From IMG/VR virus record IMGVR_UViG_3300029959_000812, positions 1 to 64,000 of that record: DNA of 64,000 bases; one strand, written 5' to 3'. Below are positions 17,146 through 27,198 of the stretch, one piece after another. The stretch is from a virus. The notes beneath the pieces were generated by a model. That model saw only the letters and a list, made by a program, of their open reading frames with translations, was not told where the DNA came from and did not search any database. Every line of letters starts with the position of its first letter. The first letter of the stretch is position 1. The position numbers and the translations under genes are program-made.

Positions 17146-17391
17146 ATGGCCAGTTTAGGAAACGCAAGGGCAGTCATAGGAAGTAGTATGATGTCTAAAT
17201 TGTTTTTAAATATTGGCAGACGGTACGGATATGTTCTTCATCCGTTTGCCACTTTCAAAAAATATTTTTTGATTGGTTATAATGAAGGTTTGAATCAATC
17301 TAGATTAGAGTTAACTACAAAAGAAATGTTATTGGGCGGCTATGAAGAAGGTTCGCGTAATAACTTTTTTGGAGATGTTAAATTTGACTGA
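17146..17391 (+). CDS. Shorter paralog of the basic-protein family
   Basis: FLNIGRRYGYVLHP…GYNEG…NNFFGDVKFD aligns with the N- and C-terminal motifs of 16491..17009. Confidence 0.45.
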   Translation: MASLGNARAVIGSSMMSKLFLNIGRRYGYVLHPFATFKKYFLIGYNEGLNQSRLELTTKEMLLGGYEEGSRNNFFGDVKFD

Positions 17392-17701
17392 CCTTGTTCT
17401 TACAAGCGACCCTTTTAGTATGGTCATATTTCTTGCGTTAGGTCTTTTTATTACCGGGATAGCGTCAAGTGTTATTCGTGATGATATGAAATATATTTTT
17501 TATGCTATTTGTTTTGTTGGTAGCGGATTCTCTTTTCTATGGCTTGCTTACGAGACTGCTATAGAGGTGGTTGAAACGTCTAACGGGGTTAAATTGTTAT
17601 CTCCGGGGCTTGCCGCCGTATTTGCTATTGTTGGTCTTATGATCTTTGTCGGCACTGCTCTGATATTCTGGTGGAAGCTGAAACAGCCGTTTAACAATTA
17701 G
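17375..17701 (+). CDS. Membrane protein (3 TM)
   Basis: ATG at 17375 follows GGAG. The track ORF begins at 17342. Confidence 0.55.
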   Translation: MLNLTDLVLTSDPFSMVIFLALGLFITGIASSVIRDDMKYIFYAICFVGSGFSFLWLAYETAIEVVETSNGVKLLSPGLAAVFAIVGLMIFVGTALIFWWKLKQPFNN

Positions 17702-17709
17702 ATAGGTGA

Positions 17710-18297
17710 ATGATAGTGTCTGTAATGGGTAATTCGAGGCCGCCTAACAAGTTTAGCAAGGCCGAACAGCCCTATTGGGCTAATAAGGAAGACGTGACGG
17801 AAAACGATGCTACTAACGATTATCTTGCATTGGTCGAAGAGTGTAATTTTAGCCCCGCTACGGCAAGGTATTTCCGTACTGCAATTATCCGGGCGAGCGG
17901 TAACGAGTTGAAGCACAGCAATAGATCTCCTATCGAGTCGATGCAGGAAAAGTACGATTTTACCTTGTGGTTTTTATTTACCGGTAGGATCATGTTGCCA
18001 CGAGAAGAGCGCGAGCGGGCCGACTTTAACAATATCGGTTGGGGTATTGCGAAGATGTTTAGCGATAACCTTTCCGGTTGTACTAGGGATGAGCATGGGT
18101 TTAACCATTTCTTTATGAAATATGCCGAAGTGGTATTTAAACACGAGCTGGCCGATATCCATGATAGCCGTGTTGTTAAAGAGGCGCAGCAGGTCCAGGC
18201 TATGCAGCCGGGGACGCGGGGATTTAGTCTTAGAGATGTGCCTATAATCGGTAAGCGTATACCGGGCGGTAACGGTAATACTGGGCGGCAAAACTAA
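17710..18297 (+). CDS. Hypothetical 195-aa protein
   Basis: ORF track only. Confidence 0.6.
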   Translation: MIVSVMGNSRPPNKFSKAEQPYWANKEDVTENDATNDYLALVEECNFSPATARYFRTAIIRASGNELKHSNRSPIESMQEKYDFTLWFLFTGRIMLPREERERADFNNIGWGIAKMFSDNLSGCTRDEHGFNHFFMKYAEVVFKHELADIHDSRVVKEAQQVQAMQPGTRGFSLRDVPIIGKRIPGGNGNTGRQN

Positions 18298-18316
18298 AAA
18301 AGGAGCATGATAAAGT

Positions 18317-19171
18317 ATGGTCGATTTTGTGATGATGGGGATATTCGCGGTTATCCTCGTAATAGTATCAGTAGTGGTCTTTGTCATCGCCACACGCAGG
18401 GCAAAGGGTAATACGCCGGGCGCGGAGTCGTGGGCGGAAGCACAGGCGAATGATCTACCTATTGTTATCAATGCCGATATGGACGGTGCGGCATTCTTCG
18501 AGACTGCAAGCAAAGAACCTGGAGCGCCGATTTTCAACGAAAAAGATCCGTCTAAAATCATTGCGGACCGGGCAACTTATGATACCAGCCCGTTGCAGAC
18601 TCTTGAAAATCACCGATTCTTACTGAAGGCAAGCGCGAGCGCTAGCACTGAAACTGTCGGAGAAATGCAAGATACTTTGTTGGTTTGCGATGAAGTAAAA
18701 AAGAACCCTGAAACCTATCCGTTAATGTCAAGTCTAACCGACAGCGAAATATTAGGGTGCCTGCCCGGTGGTCATGATGACGAGACTCTAAGAAGCCTTA
18801 TGGGATTCCATTGCCGTGTCGAAAAGAAGTATTTTGACACTGTTCAAAACAAGATGATTGAACGAGATGTAAAGACCATCGAAGAAATGGAGTCTGCCAA
18901 AGTAGCCGAATATATGGCGGAGATCAAGCGGTTTAAACTTAACTGCAAATATATACCGCACCGTGACGGTTATGTCGATATTGCCAGGGCGGTTAATGCT
19001 ACGCAGATGCGGTTTGCCATAAACTTCCTGCAAGCACTTATAAACTATCTGGAAAGCTACTATTCAAAAATGCAACAGCCAATTGAAGACAAGTTCTGGA
19101 AAGGCGTAGCACTCGGCGTCATCGGCGGCGGTATAGCGGTATTCGTACTTGGCGGGTTCTTAAAAATATAA
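18317..19171 (+). CDS. Protein with N- and C-terminal TM anchors
   Basis: ORF track. Hydrophobic ends. Confidence 0.65.
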   Translation: MVDFVMMGIFAVILVIVSVVVFVIATRRAKGNTPGAESWAEAQANDLPIVINADMDGAAFFETASKEPGAPIFNEKDPSKIIADRATYDTSPLQTLENHRFLLKASASASTETVGEMQDTLLVCDEVKKNPETYPLMSSLTDSEILGCLPGGHDDETLRSLMGFHCRVEKKYFDTVQNKMIERDVKTIEEMESAKVAEYMAEIKRFKLNCKYIPHRDGYVDIARAVNATQMRFAINFLQALINYLESYYSKMQQPIEDKFWKGVALGVIGGGIAVFVLGGFLKI

Positions 19172-19180
19172 GGTGATCAT

Positions 19181-19729
19181 ATGAAAATTAATATAAATAA
19201 TTTATTTGGCAACAAAGTTATAATGCCAATTATTGATGTTATGTCTAATTCGGTATTTGCTTTGTGTTTAGTTATGCTATGTTTTGTTGGATTAAATTCT
19301 ATTTATAATTCATTTAATTTGACAAATACAAAGTTGTTAAGTTTTGTTGTTAGTAGTTTAACTAGTTGGCTTGTTTTTTTGATTACTTTGTCTTCGGGAC
19401 TATTTTTAACAACGCTTTTTGCGGGATTATTGAGTAAAAACAATCATATACATATTACGTCTAAATTATATGCTTCGTCTTTTTATTTAACATCAGTTGC
19501 AGCAGGGATATGTATTGTAGATTTATTATTTATAGTAATGTGCTATTATAATAATTTACAGTTTTGGGTATTAGGGCTAATAACGGCAATTTTTATATTA
19601 TACCAGACTGGAAAGAGGTTTTACTCAAATTTTGGCCGTGCCATATTGTATATTGGTAAAAAGTTTTATCGTAAGGCGCGGCGTGAATGGCATGGTAGTG
19701 GTGCAAGCGTTAGGAATGCAAACACTTAA
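19181..19729 (+). CDS. Polytopic membrane protein
   Basis: ORF track. 4-5 hydrophobic helices. Confidence 0.6.
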   Translation: MKININNLFGNKVIMPIIDVMSNSVFALCLVMLCFVGLNSIYNSFNLTNTKLLSFVVSSLTSWLVFLITLSSGLFLTTLFAGLLSKNNHIHITSKLYASSFYLTSVAAGICIVDLLFIVMCYYNNLQFWVLGLITAIFILYQTGKRFYSNFGRAILYIGKKFYRKARREWHGSGASVRNANT

Positions 19730-19772
19730 TATTGGTGAAGCACCATAATATTTTTTAGGATTGGATATATAA

Positions 19773-20315
19773 ATGCCGACATTTGACGCATATTTCCGGT
19801 GGCTCGCACACGTAATCGTAATAGCGTTATTATCTGCCGGATTGTATTTCGCCTATAATTTTGCAATTCAGCCGATGTTCAATGCTTTTGTTACCGGTAA
19901 TTTGGTGTTGAATAAAACTATTGTTGGTATGCAGATTAGCGGCGTTGCCATAATGGTTTTTGCAATCGTGGCCCTGTTTCTTGGAAGTGTCGGCGCTATC
20001 CTGGTTGCTAATGCCCGTGCGGAGGTTAACAGTCCGTTTATTGCGATCACGATGGCGGGGAGTATTGTTTGTTGTTTTACGATTTTGAACGCTATGATTA
20101 TGTACATGTTTCTTGCTGCGGTGGGCGACCCGTTGATTATAACTTATCTCACTGCTTTTCCGCTTCCGGTTGATGGCCCGTTGGCGTTTACTAGTACGGC
20201 GGTGACGTGGCTTAATAGTCTGGTGCATTATGCGGCGATCTTTAGCATCGTTTGGGGCTATTACAAGATGTTTGCGGCGAGCGTGAGGATTGAAAGCATT
20301 CAGTGGAGCTTATAA
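19773..20315 (+). CDS. Polytopic membrane protein
   Basis: ORF track. 5 hydrophobic helices. Confidence 0.65.
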   Translation: MPTFDAYFRWLAHVIVIALLSAGLYFAYNFAIQPMFNAFVTGNLVLNKTIVGMQISGVAIMVFAIVALFLGSVGAILVANARAEVNSPFIAITMAGSIVCCFTILNAMIMYMFLAAVGDPLIITYLTAFPLPVDGPLAFTSTAVTWLNSLVHYAAIFSIVWGYYKMFAASVRIESIQWSL

Positions 20316-20632
20316 TAATGGGACTTGTAACATATGTATCGATATTAACGATGTTTTTTATCTTAATTTTGTATGTTTTTTTCGCATATCTTTGTTCTTG
20401 TTCTATGGATGGCGTTTACCCGTTGGGGTGGAGCGGAGAAAAACTGTTCACGTTTTTAAACCGGCTAATCCCTGCATATATCGTAGTCACCGCTTTTATG
20501 GTTTTTGTATTGTTAATGCTTGGCGAATCGTCCATAATTATTAATGTTCTATGTTTTCCGTTAATCTTCGTATATTTATATAGGTGGAAATTGTATGGCG
20601 ATTTAAAACGGGCCGGGGTGCCGTTAAAGTGA
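20303..20632 (+). CDS. Membrane protein (3 TM)
   Basis: ORF track. Overlaps the upstream stop. Confidence 0.6.
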   Translation: MELIIMGLVTYVSILTMFFILILYVFFAYLCSCSMDGVYPLGWSGEKLFTFLNRLIPAYIVVTAFMVFVLLMLGESSIIINVLCFPLIFVYLYRWKLYGDLKRAGVPLK

Positions 20633-20753
20633 AAAGCTTAATATAAAGTAATTGCTATAATTGATTGTATAGTAATCGGTTTAGGAGTAATCGTTTACAG
20701 ATGATTTCAAAATATGATAATTCTGCATTAATAATATTGGGAGCGTGTAGATA

Positions 20754-23700
20754 ATGGCAATGGGTGAAAGTCCTAGCGGCGTAGTAATCTGGCAGGGCCA
20801 GGCAATGCCATTATCACAGTATAACGCATCGACCGGGCAGAATGTCGGCGGCGTAAACGTAGTAAGCGGAACGCCTGCCGGTACGACTTCGGGCAGTACA
20901 GTTGTTACGACTCCTAGGCCGTCGTCTATTGATATTAACGAAGTCAAATCCAGATATGCCGGCTCATACGGCGGAATAGCCGCGAACTATGCGACAGAAA
21001 GCGACCTATATATTGCTGCACGTCAATGGTACGGAGATTCGGTTAATGTGACCGGTAGCCTTCCACGGTCGATTGTAGGCGGCGGAAGCGGCAGAGTCGT
21101 TGATAATGCTCCCGGATTCAGCCAGGGCCAGATAACAAACGTTGTGGTCGGCCCCAATAATATTGGAGTATACTTTAATAGTCCAGGCGCGGATATTGGC
21201 AGCGGCGCGTCTTTTTCAAACTTATCACCAAACGATCAGCAGGCAGTAATAAACTATGCTGCCGCTAATAACATCAATATATATAATCGGTCAACTTATA
21301 CGCCGGTAAACCCGGTTTTTACTGTTAACGGTCCTGTCGTAGTTATTCCTGATGTTGGCGGCGACTCGTTTGAGGCTTCGAGGGCGTACCTGTCACAGTT
21401 TCCTAGTGGAACGCCTGTTAAGCTTGAAAACAGTCCTACAATCGCTTTTGTCTGGCAGGGCGGTTTGATTAACAGCGGCGGCAGATATTATACGGGCTAT
21501 GGGCCTGCTACTCCGGGTAATGTGCCGGGCGGTATCACTGGTACAATTACCGGAGTAGTTCAAGGACCAGCAGATACGTATAACGGGCCTGTAATGGTCG
21601 GCAATGAAGGGTATGGACAGGGTAATATTATGGCAGTACAGCCCACAGCACCGCAACAGATTACGGCAAACCCGTTCGGCGGACTCCCCGGAGCGGTCAC
21701 GGCTCAACAGATGAGCACCGGGCGCGGCGGAGCAGCTCCATTATCTAATTACGTTCCTACAAGCGTAACGGCACACCCGATGGACACTGGTTCTTACGGC
21801 AGTAGGGGTGTGGCTATGCTATCCGTGGTCCCGTATCTAGGATCTATCCAAAATGCTGCAACTGGATTTGCGGCTGGTGTCGGTTCGGCTATTGGGGGAT
21901 TATGGAATATTATCCCGACAAATCAAGACCAGATGATGAGAGATCAAGCCAATGCTGCAAACGCTGCACAGGGGGCGGCATGGGCGGCAAGTCCAGATTC
22001 TTTTAATCAATATTCACAAAACCGGAGTAAATACAACATGCCGGTAGATCCGGCTAGCCAGGGATACACTCCTGTTAAAGTCGATGTAAAAACTTGGAAT
22101 GAAGGCAACACCACCTATGAGCAATACCGGACCATCTATCTAAATCCTTCGAATAGCATGGGCGTGATCAGAGAAGTGCGGCCAGACGATCAAAAAATGT
22201 ATACTGTTGGCGGGTATAATGGCGGCGTAGTATCGTTTAGCGGGCCAATCGAAAGCGCAGCACTAGGATATTATAATTATCTTGGCGACGCGCAGCAAAT
22301 GGCAACACAAAAATTAGGCAATCTTGCAATTTTCCCTAACATCGTAATGGCTACCGCACAGAGCTTTGCAGCAGTGCCATTAATGACTAGTGCATTTGTG
22401 CAAGGCGCCCCGGTTATGCGGAGTCTACAGTTAGAGGTTAACCCGTCAGACGTTAAACAGTACAATACTGCTGATAGCATAATGCAAAGCGGTTTTGTCG
22501 GGGCCGTCACTCTTGGATTAGTAGCATATACTCCTACTTTAAAGCAGATGCAGGCCGATTTCCCTAATTTAAGGACGAGTCCGAATTATCAGACATTAAC
22601 CAGCAAAGCTTTTACTATAAACGAGTTTAGCACTTTAGGACAGGTGAAAACTGCTGTCGTAAATGCTAATGAGTTCAGCACATTAGGACAGGTGCGCGAC
22701 GTATCTATAAGTGCAGCATACCGTGTTAACAATGCTGCAATCGGTGTCGTACAAACTGTTGATACTGCTAAATCCGTGTTAAACCCGTTTGACAATCAGG
22801 GAAGCCAAATAAGATATAATAAAGCTTGGGATAGGTTTCAGACAAGCAGCGAAGGATGGAAGGAATATAACACAATATCGACGGCACAGCAAAAAATAGC
22901 TACCGAAGAATTGTTTACGGGAAGGCCGAATTTAGGCTATGAACGATGGATGAACGCGAATCCTGCAAGCGATAGTTATACGTTTGGCTATGCATTAAAG
23001 ACAGAAACGCCACCGGGCGGAACTATCGGGGCATATTCTTATGGTCCTGAAATGCCATTGTCCGGCCCCGGCATCGAGTCGATGCCTCCTAGTAAAGCGT
23101 GGATGTGGGTTCCTGAAAGATATCTGACCGAGTTTACAAACGAAAACAATCCTACCGTGGTCCGACAGGTTGTCCCGATGGGCTATGAAGATTTCTTACG
23201 GATCGGCTATGAGAACAAGATGCCTGTCGAATCCAGATTTATACCAAGATACGAACAATCTCCGACATATAAAGGGGCCTCACCCATTGATGATTACTGG
23301 GTGCGTATAGGTAGTAGACTTGATGATGCGTTTCCGGTAGAACCTGCTGTAAAACCCTACAGTTTTATCACAGACATTATAGATACTAATCGCAGGATGT
23401 TTTCGGATACTCGCGGCGAATCTACGGTAATTCCGGGCAGTTCATCATATTATCGTAATGTTCCAACAGCGTCAGAATTAGATCGTATCGGGTTCCAGGA
23501 TGAGATCGGGTTAGGTACAAGAAAATCGATGTTCAGCCCATCCGATGAGATCGACGATTTCACAAGACCTAGATACGGCCCAAAAAATATTTTTGACGAC
23601 GAATCAAGGGCAGTAAGAATAGGATATACCGATGCTGACGGATTCATATCAAAGGGATTGTACGGCGGAGTAGTAGGGTTTTTGTCGCAGGCAAACGGAT

Positions 23701-24119
23701 TGCCAAAATTAGCGGCTATAAACGATTATACACCATATTCCATGAATATGGATCTAACGCAAGCAGGCGATGAAGCGTTTAGCATATCCTACCCTATAGA
23801 TGCCACAGGTACAATTACAGATACCAATACAATACCGGATAATAGTGTAAATACGTATATTTACGAGCCATATGTTTCACGCCCGTTTAATAACCAAGAT
23901 CCAGAGCCCAGCAGGATTCCCCGCGATTTTGGTATTCCACCAGTATGGTCCCCGTCGATGGATAATTCCGCGTCAGCTCCGCGTACACCTGCAAGTTTTG
24001 ACGAGTTTGGCCAGGCATATGTTAACTTTGACTTCGACGACGGGTATAACTTTATGAATTCTGCAAAACAGCCTAGGCGCAAGTATAATACAAAAAAGGG
24101 TAAGGCGAAGAAGAGATGA
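20754..24119 (+). CDS. Large protein A1 (1121 aa), paralog of A2; virion/adhesin candidate
   Basis: The first ~345 aa and the last ~25 aa (FGQAYVNFDFDDGYNFM…KKGKAKKR) are shared with 27198..30413. The centre is unrelated. Confidence 0.85.
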   Translation: MAMGESPSGVVIWQGQAMPLSQYNASTGQNVGGVNVVSGTPAGTTSGSTVVTTPRPSSIDINEVKSRYAGSYGGIAANYATESDLYIAARQWYGDSVNVTGSLPRSIVGGGSGRVVDNAPGFSQGQITNVVVGPNNIGVYFNSPGADIGSGASFSNLSPNDQQAVINYAAANNINIYNRSTYTPVNPVFTVNGPVVVIPDVGGDSFEASRAYLSQFPSGTPVKLENSPTIAFVWQGGLINSGGRYYTGYGPATPGNVPGGITGTITGVVQGPADTYNGPVMVGNEGYGQGNIMAVQPTAPQQITANPFGGLPGAVTAQQMSTGRGGAAPLSNYVPTSVTAHPMDTGSYGSRGVAMLSVVPYLGSIQNAATGFAAGVGSAIGGLWNIIPTNQDQMMRDQANAANAAQGAAWAASPDSFNQYSQNRSKYNMPVDPASQGYTPVKVDVKTWNEGNTTYEQYRTIYLNPSNSMGVIREVRPDDQKMYTVGGYNGGVVSFSGPIESAALGYYNYLGDAQQMATQKLGNLAIFPNIVMATAQSFAAVPLMTSAFVQGAPVMRSLQLEVNPSDVKQYNTADSIMQSGFVGAVTLGLVAYTPTLKQMQADFPNLRTSPNYQTLTSKAFTINEFSTLGQVKTAVVNANEFSTLGQVRDVSISAAYRVNNAAIGVVQTVDTAKSVLNPFDNQGSQIRYNKAWDRFQTSSEGWKEYNTISTAQQKIATEELFTGRPNLGYERWMNANPASDSYTFGYALKTETPPGGTIGAYSYGPEMPLSGPGIESMPPSKAWMWVPERYLTEFTNENNPTVVRQVVPMGYEDFLRIGYENKMPVESRFIPRYEQSPTYKGASPIDDYWVRIGSRLDDAFPVEPAVKPYSFITDIIDTNRRMFSDTRGESTVIPGSSSYYRNVPTASELDRIGFQDEIGLGTRKSMFSPSDEIDDFTRPRYGPKNIFDDESRAVRIGYTDADGFISKGLYGGVVGFLSQANGLPKLAAINDYTPYSMNMDLTQAGDEAFSISYPIDATGTITDTNTIPDNSVNTYIYEPYVSRPFNNQDPEPSRIPRDFGIPPVWSPSMDNSASAPRTPASFDEFGQAYVNFDFDDGYNFMNSAKQPRRKYNTKKGKAKKR

Positions 24120-26782
24120 GCCATAAAAATTTTTATGTTAGCACTATTGTATTAGCCATATTATTTTTATTGTTATGTACCGTAACAACAAACGCGGCAT
24201 CCCCGGCGAATTATAGTCTTAGCCAATCGGCTTATGACGTTTATGATAATACTGGCAGTCTTTCGGTCTCTGTCACGGCGAGTATGACGGCTAATCCTGG
24301 TTATGAGGATGGGCTTACCGGTTGGGCGTTGTTTGGTTCAGGGGCTAGTGCTAGTTCCTCTGTTGTACATAGCGGCATTGGAAGCGCATATGTTGTAAGC
24401 ACTACGGGCAATTTTATTGGTGCGTCGCAGCGTGTTTTGGCTACGGGCGGCGAAACGTTAATGTTAGACGCTTATTGTTATCCGACAGCATATGTTGGTG
24501 CTAATAGCGTTTATGTTCAAATATATCAGTATAATGCTACTGGTGGCATAATTGGCACGTATACTATCGCCGCGCCTTCGACATTGAACCAGTGGCATGA
24601 GTTAACCGGGACATTTACAACAAATGCCAATACTGTAAATGTACTGGTTAGCATAATTACGTATGATGGCAGCATAGCATATTTTGACGATGTAAAACTA
24701 ATACCCGTCTCTTATACGGGCAGCGTAGACTATGCCACAGCAGACAGCACGGCTATGGCCGGGTATGATTATACTGCGACTAGTGGCACGTTGAGTTTTG
24801 CAGCGGGCGAAACAAGCAAGACTTTTAGCGTACCAATAATTTACGGTAATGCTTATCATGGTGATAGATTTTTTAGTGTTGCTTTATCCAGTCCTGTTAA
24901 TGGTACTCTTTCGAGTCCATCTACTGCATATGTTGATATTATAGATACTCATTCGCAAGCTCATGCAATACCTGCTGGGGGGTATTTGTATGCATATGTG
25001 ACCGATTATAATAGTAATATGGTAAGTGTTTTAGATCCGGCGAATAATAATCAAAAAATTACTGATATTAAGGTTAATAGCAATCCTATTAACGCTATTT
25101 TAAATCCTACCGGTACTATGTTAGCTATATCGTATAACAAATATAAATATGTTGATATTTATAGTACGATAGATTTTACTCTGATCAAGCAAATATTAAT
25201 AACTGACAGTACAGGGCCGTATGACGTTAGCATTGCTTTTAATGGCGACGGGACAAAACTATATGTTTCTAATGCTAATGATAATAAAGTCTCTATAATT
25301 GATGTTAACAGCGGCACTATTATAACAACCACAACCGCGATTACTAACCCCGAATCTATCATATATTACAAGACTTCTAACTATGTATTTATAGCTGACC
25401 GCCTTAACGATGTTGTCTATAAATTAGACCCCAATACCTTGAATATTATTGGTAGTGTTGGTAGTATAGACGGCCCTAGCGATCTTGCCATAGATTATAC
25501 AAATTCGAGATTATACGCTAGTGGTTATGGCGGCAAGATTTATAGGATGACTTTATCATCTACAAGTGTATTCGCGCTTACCCACACGTATAATTCAGGA
25601 TATTCGGCACCGCTGGACAAAATAGCGATCAACAACACCGGATATATTTTTGTTAGTCTCCAGGCGTCAGATAAGGTAACGGTACTTAACAGCGCAGGCA
25701 CTTCAAAGGGAAATTTTTCAATGCCATCCGACAGCGGTCCTTTTGGAATAGCCTACAACGTTTATAATGATTCGTTGTATGTTTGTGGCGCTTTCGATAA
25801 TACGATGTATATTTTAAATCCTGTAACTGGCGCGATTATCCAAAGCGGATATATCGGTAATGAACCTTATCGCGTAATCATAGGCACCCAAGCAACAAGG
25901 GCAGTACAGTTAACACAGTTTAAACTTACTACGCTTGGCTATCTCGGTCTCGATGGTGTCCCGGCAGCAGTATATCTTAATGGAAATCTGTTGTTCACCG
26001 GGGTAACTGATGGTAGCGGGGTATTTGCCTGTTATCTTAATCCGACTTCGACTTATCAGGTAGCTTTTAACAGTCCTGCTAATGGTGTTAATGCTTCGTA
26101 TACGATCACGCCGATAAACTTGTATTATCAGTTTGATCAGCCGTTCCTGGACGTTGTCGGCGGTCAGTTTTCTAATCTTTTAGGTCCGATTGTGACGCCT
26201 GACAGTTTTGGTAATCAGAGCCAGGTATACTATCCGCAGAGCGCCGATTATAATCAAGTTAGCAATACCGGGTACATCAACGGCACGTACATCGATTACA
26301 GCGGCGCTACTACCGCTTTATCTTTCAAACTGTACGGGAACAATTCGACCTTCGGCGGATCTCCAACACTGATCGAGACACAGACAGCCGGGGCCGGTGG
26401 GGACTATAACTTTACTGTACTCGATGCGGGCGGAAATAGCTATTATGTAGAGATCACCGCAACACAGAGCGACGGCAACACGAAAAAGTATTATCCGCAA
26501 GGTGTAGGATTCCCCGGACAAATAGTCTTAGCCGAAACAGGAATACCTTTGGTTTATTTGTTTTGGATAGGACTTTGTCCGCCGCTGTTCATCTTTGGGG
26601 CTGGGGCTGTCACACGTCGTGGATATTTAGGTCTAGTAGGGACGATATTTGCCGGTTTTATCGGATTTTATTGCGGTTGGTATCGCATATATATCCCCGA
26701 TCTGCTCTTCGGTTCTGCGTTTGTAGCATGTTTTTTGCTTTCGCTCGGTATGATAATCGTTGAGCACGAAAAATACAAATAA
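24116..26782 (+). CDS. Surface protein B1: signal peptide, CBM4_9-like domain, Calx-beta, YVTN-type beta-propeller, Ig-like region, C-terminal TM helices
   Basis: NPGYEDGLTGW…FDDVKL (CBM-like). DYATADSTAMAGYDYTATSGTLSFAAGETSKTF (Calx-beta). Repeated YVxxxxxNxVSVID-type blades. ATGA overlap with A1. Confidence 0.85.
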   Translation: MSHKNFYVSTIVLAILFLLLCTVTTNAASPANYSLSQSAYDVYDNTGSLSVSVTASMTANPGYEDGLTGWALFGSGASASSSVVHSGIGSAYVVSTTGNFIGASQRVLATGGETLMLDAYCYPTAYVGANSVYVQIYQYNATGGIIGTYTIAAPSTLNQWHELTGTFTTNANTVNVLVSIITYDGSIAYFDDVKLIPVSYTGSVDYATADSTAMAGYDYTATSGTLSFAAGETSKTFSVPIIYGNAYHGDRFFSVALSSPVNGTLSSPSTAYVDIIDTHSQAHAIPAGGYLYAYVTDYNSNMVSVLDPANNNQKITDIKVNSNPINAILNPTGTMLAISYNKYKYVDIYSTIDFTLIKQILITDSTGPYDVSIAFNGDGTKLYVSNANDNKVSIIDVNSGTIITTTTAITNPESIIYYKTSNYVFIADRLNDVVYKLDPNTLNIIGSVGSIDGPSDLAIDYTNSRLYASGYGGKIYRMTLSSTSVFALTHTYNSGYSAPLDKIAINNTGYIFVSLQASDKVTVLNSAGTSKGNFSMPSDSGPFGIAYNVYNDSLYVCGAFDNTMYILNPVTGAIIQSGYIGNEPYRVIIGTQATRAVQLTQFKLTTLGYLGLDGVPAAVYLNGNLLFTGVTDGSGVFACYLNPTSTYQVAFNSPANGVNASYTITPINLYYQFDQPFLDVVGGQFSNLLGPIVTPDSFGNQSQVYYPQSADYNQVSNTGYINGTYIDYSGATTALSFKLYGNNSTFGGSPTLIETQTAGAGGDYNFTVLDAGGNSYYVEITATQSDGNTKKYYPQGVGFPGQIVLAETGIPLVYLFWIGLCPPLFIFGAGAVTRRGYLGLVGTIFAGFIGFYCGWYRIYIPDLLFGSAFVACFLLSLGMIIVEHEKYK

Positions 26783-26830
26783 AAATTATAAAAAATACGT
26801 CATAAAATACATAAGAGAGTAAACCAAAAT

Positions 26831-26853
26831 GCCGGGGCCTAATCTTCCCCGGC
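26831..26853 (+). terminator. Hairpin GCCGGGG-N9-CCCCGGC downstream of B1
   Basis: 7-bp GC stem read directly from the sequence, in an AT-rich spacer. Confidence 0.3.
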
Positions 26854-26886
26854 TAATATTCATAAAATCAAACGGGGGCAATGTAA

Positions 26887-27198
26887 ATGTCTAAACTCTA
26901 TTGCGAAAAACACAGTATTAAATTAATGACGGCTGCCGGTTTTATTTCACTTTATCGGCCACCGTCGCAGCGTAGCAAATTAGGCGCGTATAAAAGTCTT
27001 GTCGCTCTATGTGCCGGTATTCCGAGGGCGGAAATTCAAAAATTGATAGATTACCCTGTCGAAAATAACAAAATTATTATCCCGGACGATATATTTATTA
27101 GTAAGTTTTTTAAGGAATACTCGCGTCGAACCGGGGTAAATTACGGCATGATCGACAATTCCGAGTTAACAATATCAGGATCAGGAGTGTGCGAATAA
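26887..27198 (+). CDS. Hypothetical 103-aa protein
   Basis: ORF track. TAATG overlap with the A2 start. Confidence 0.5.
   Translation: MSKLYCEKHSIKLMTAAGFISLYRPPSQRSKLGAYKSLVALCAGIPRAEIQKLIDYPVENNKIIIPDDIFISKFFKEYSRRTGVNYGMIDNSELTISGSGVCE

Noticed and set aside
16626-17177. 183-aa minus-strand ORF
   Set aside because: It is antisense to the Lys/Gly-rich basic protein gene. Its low-complexity Thr/Ala runs mirror the sense-strand repeats.
17974-18561. 195-aa minus-strand ORF
   Set aside because: It spans two well-packed plus-strand genes and their junction, which is inconsistent with the operon structure.
21393-21707. 104-aa minus-strand ORF, with a conserved twin at 27837..28151
   Set aside because: Both lie antisense to the conserved N-terminal blocks of A1 and A2, so their 'conservation' is inherited from the sense genes. 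Their composition (Arg/Ser/Cys-rich) is typical of antisense frames.
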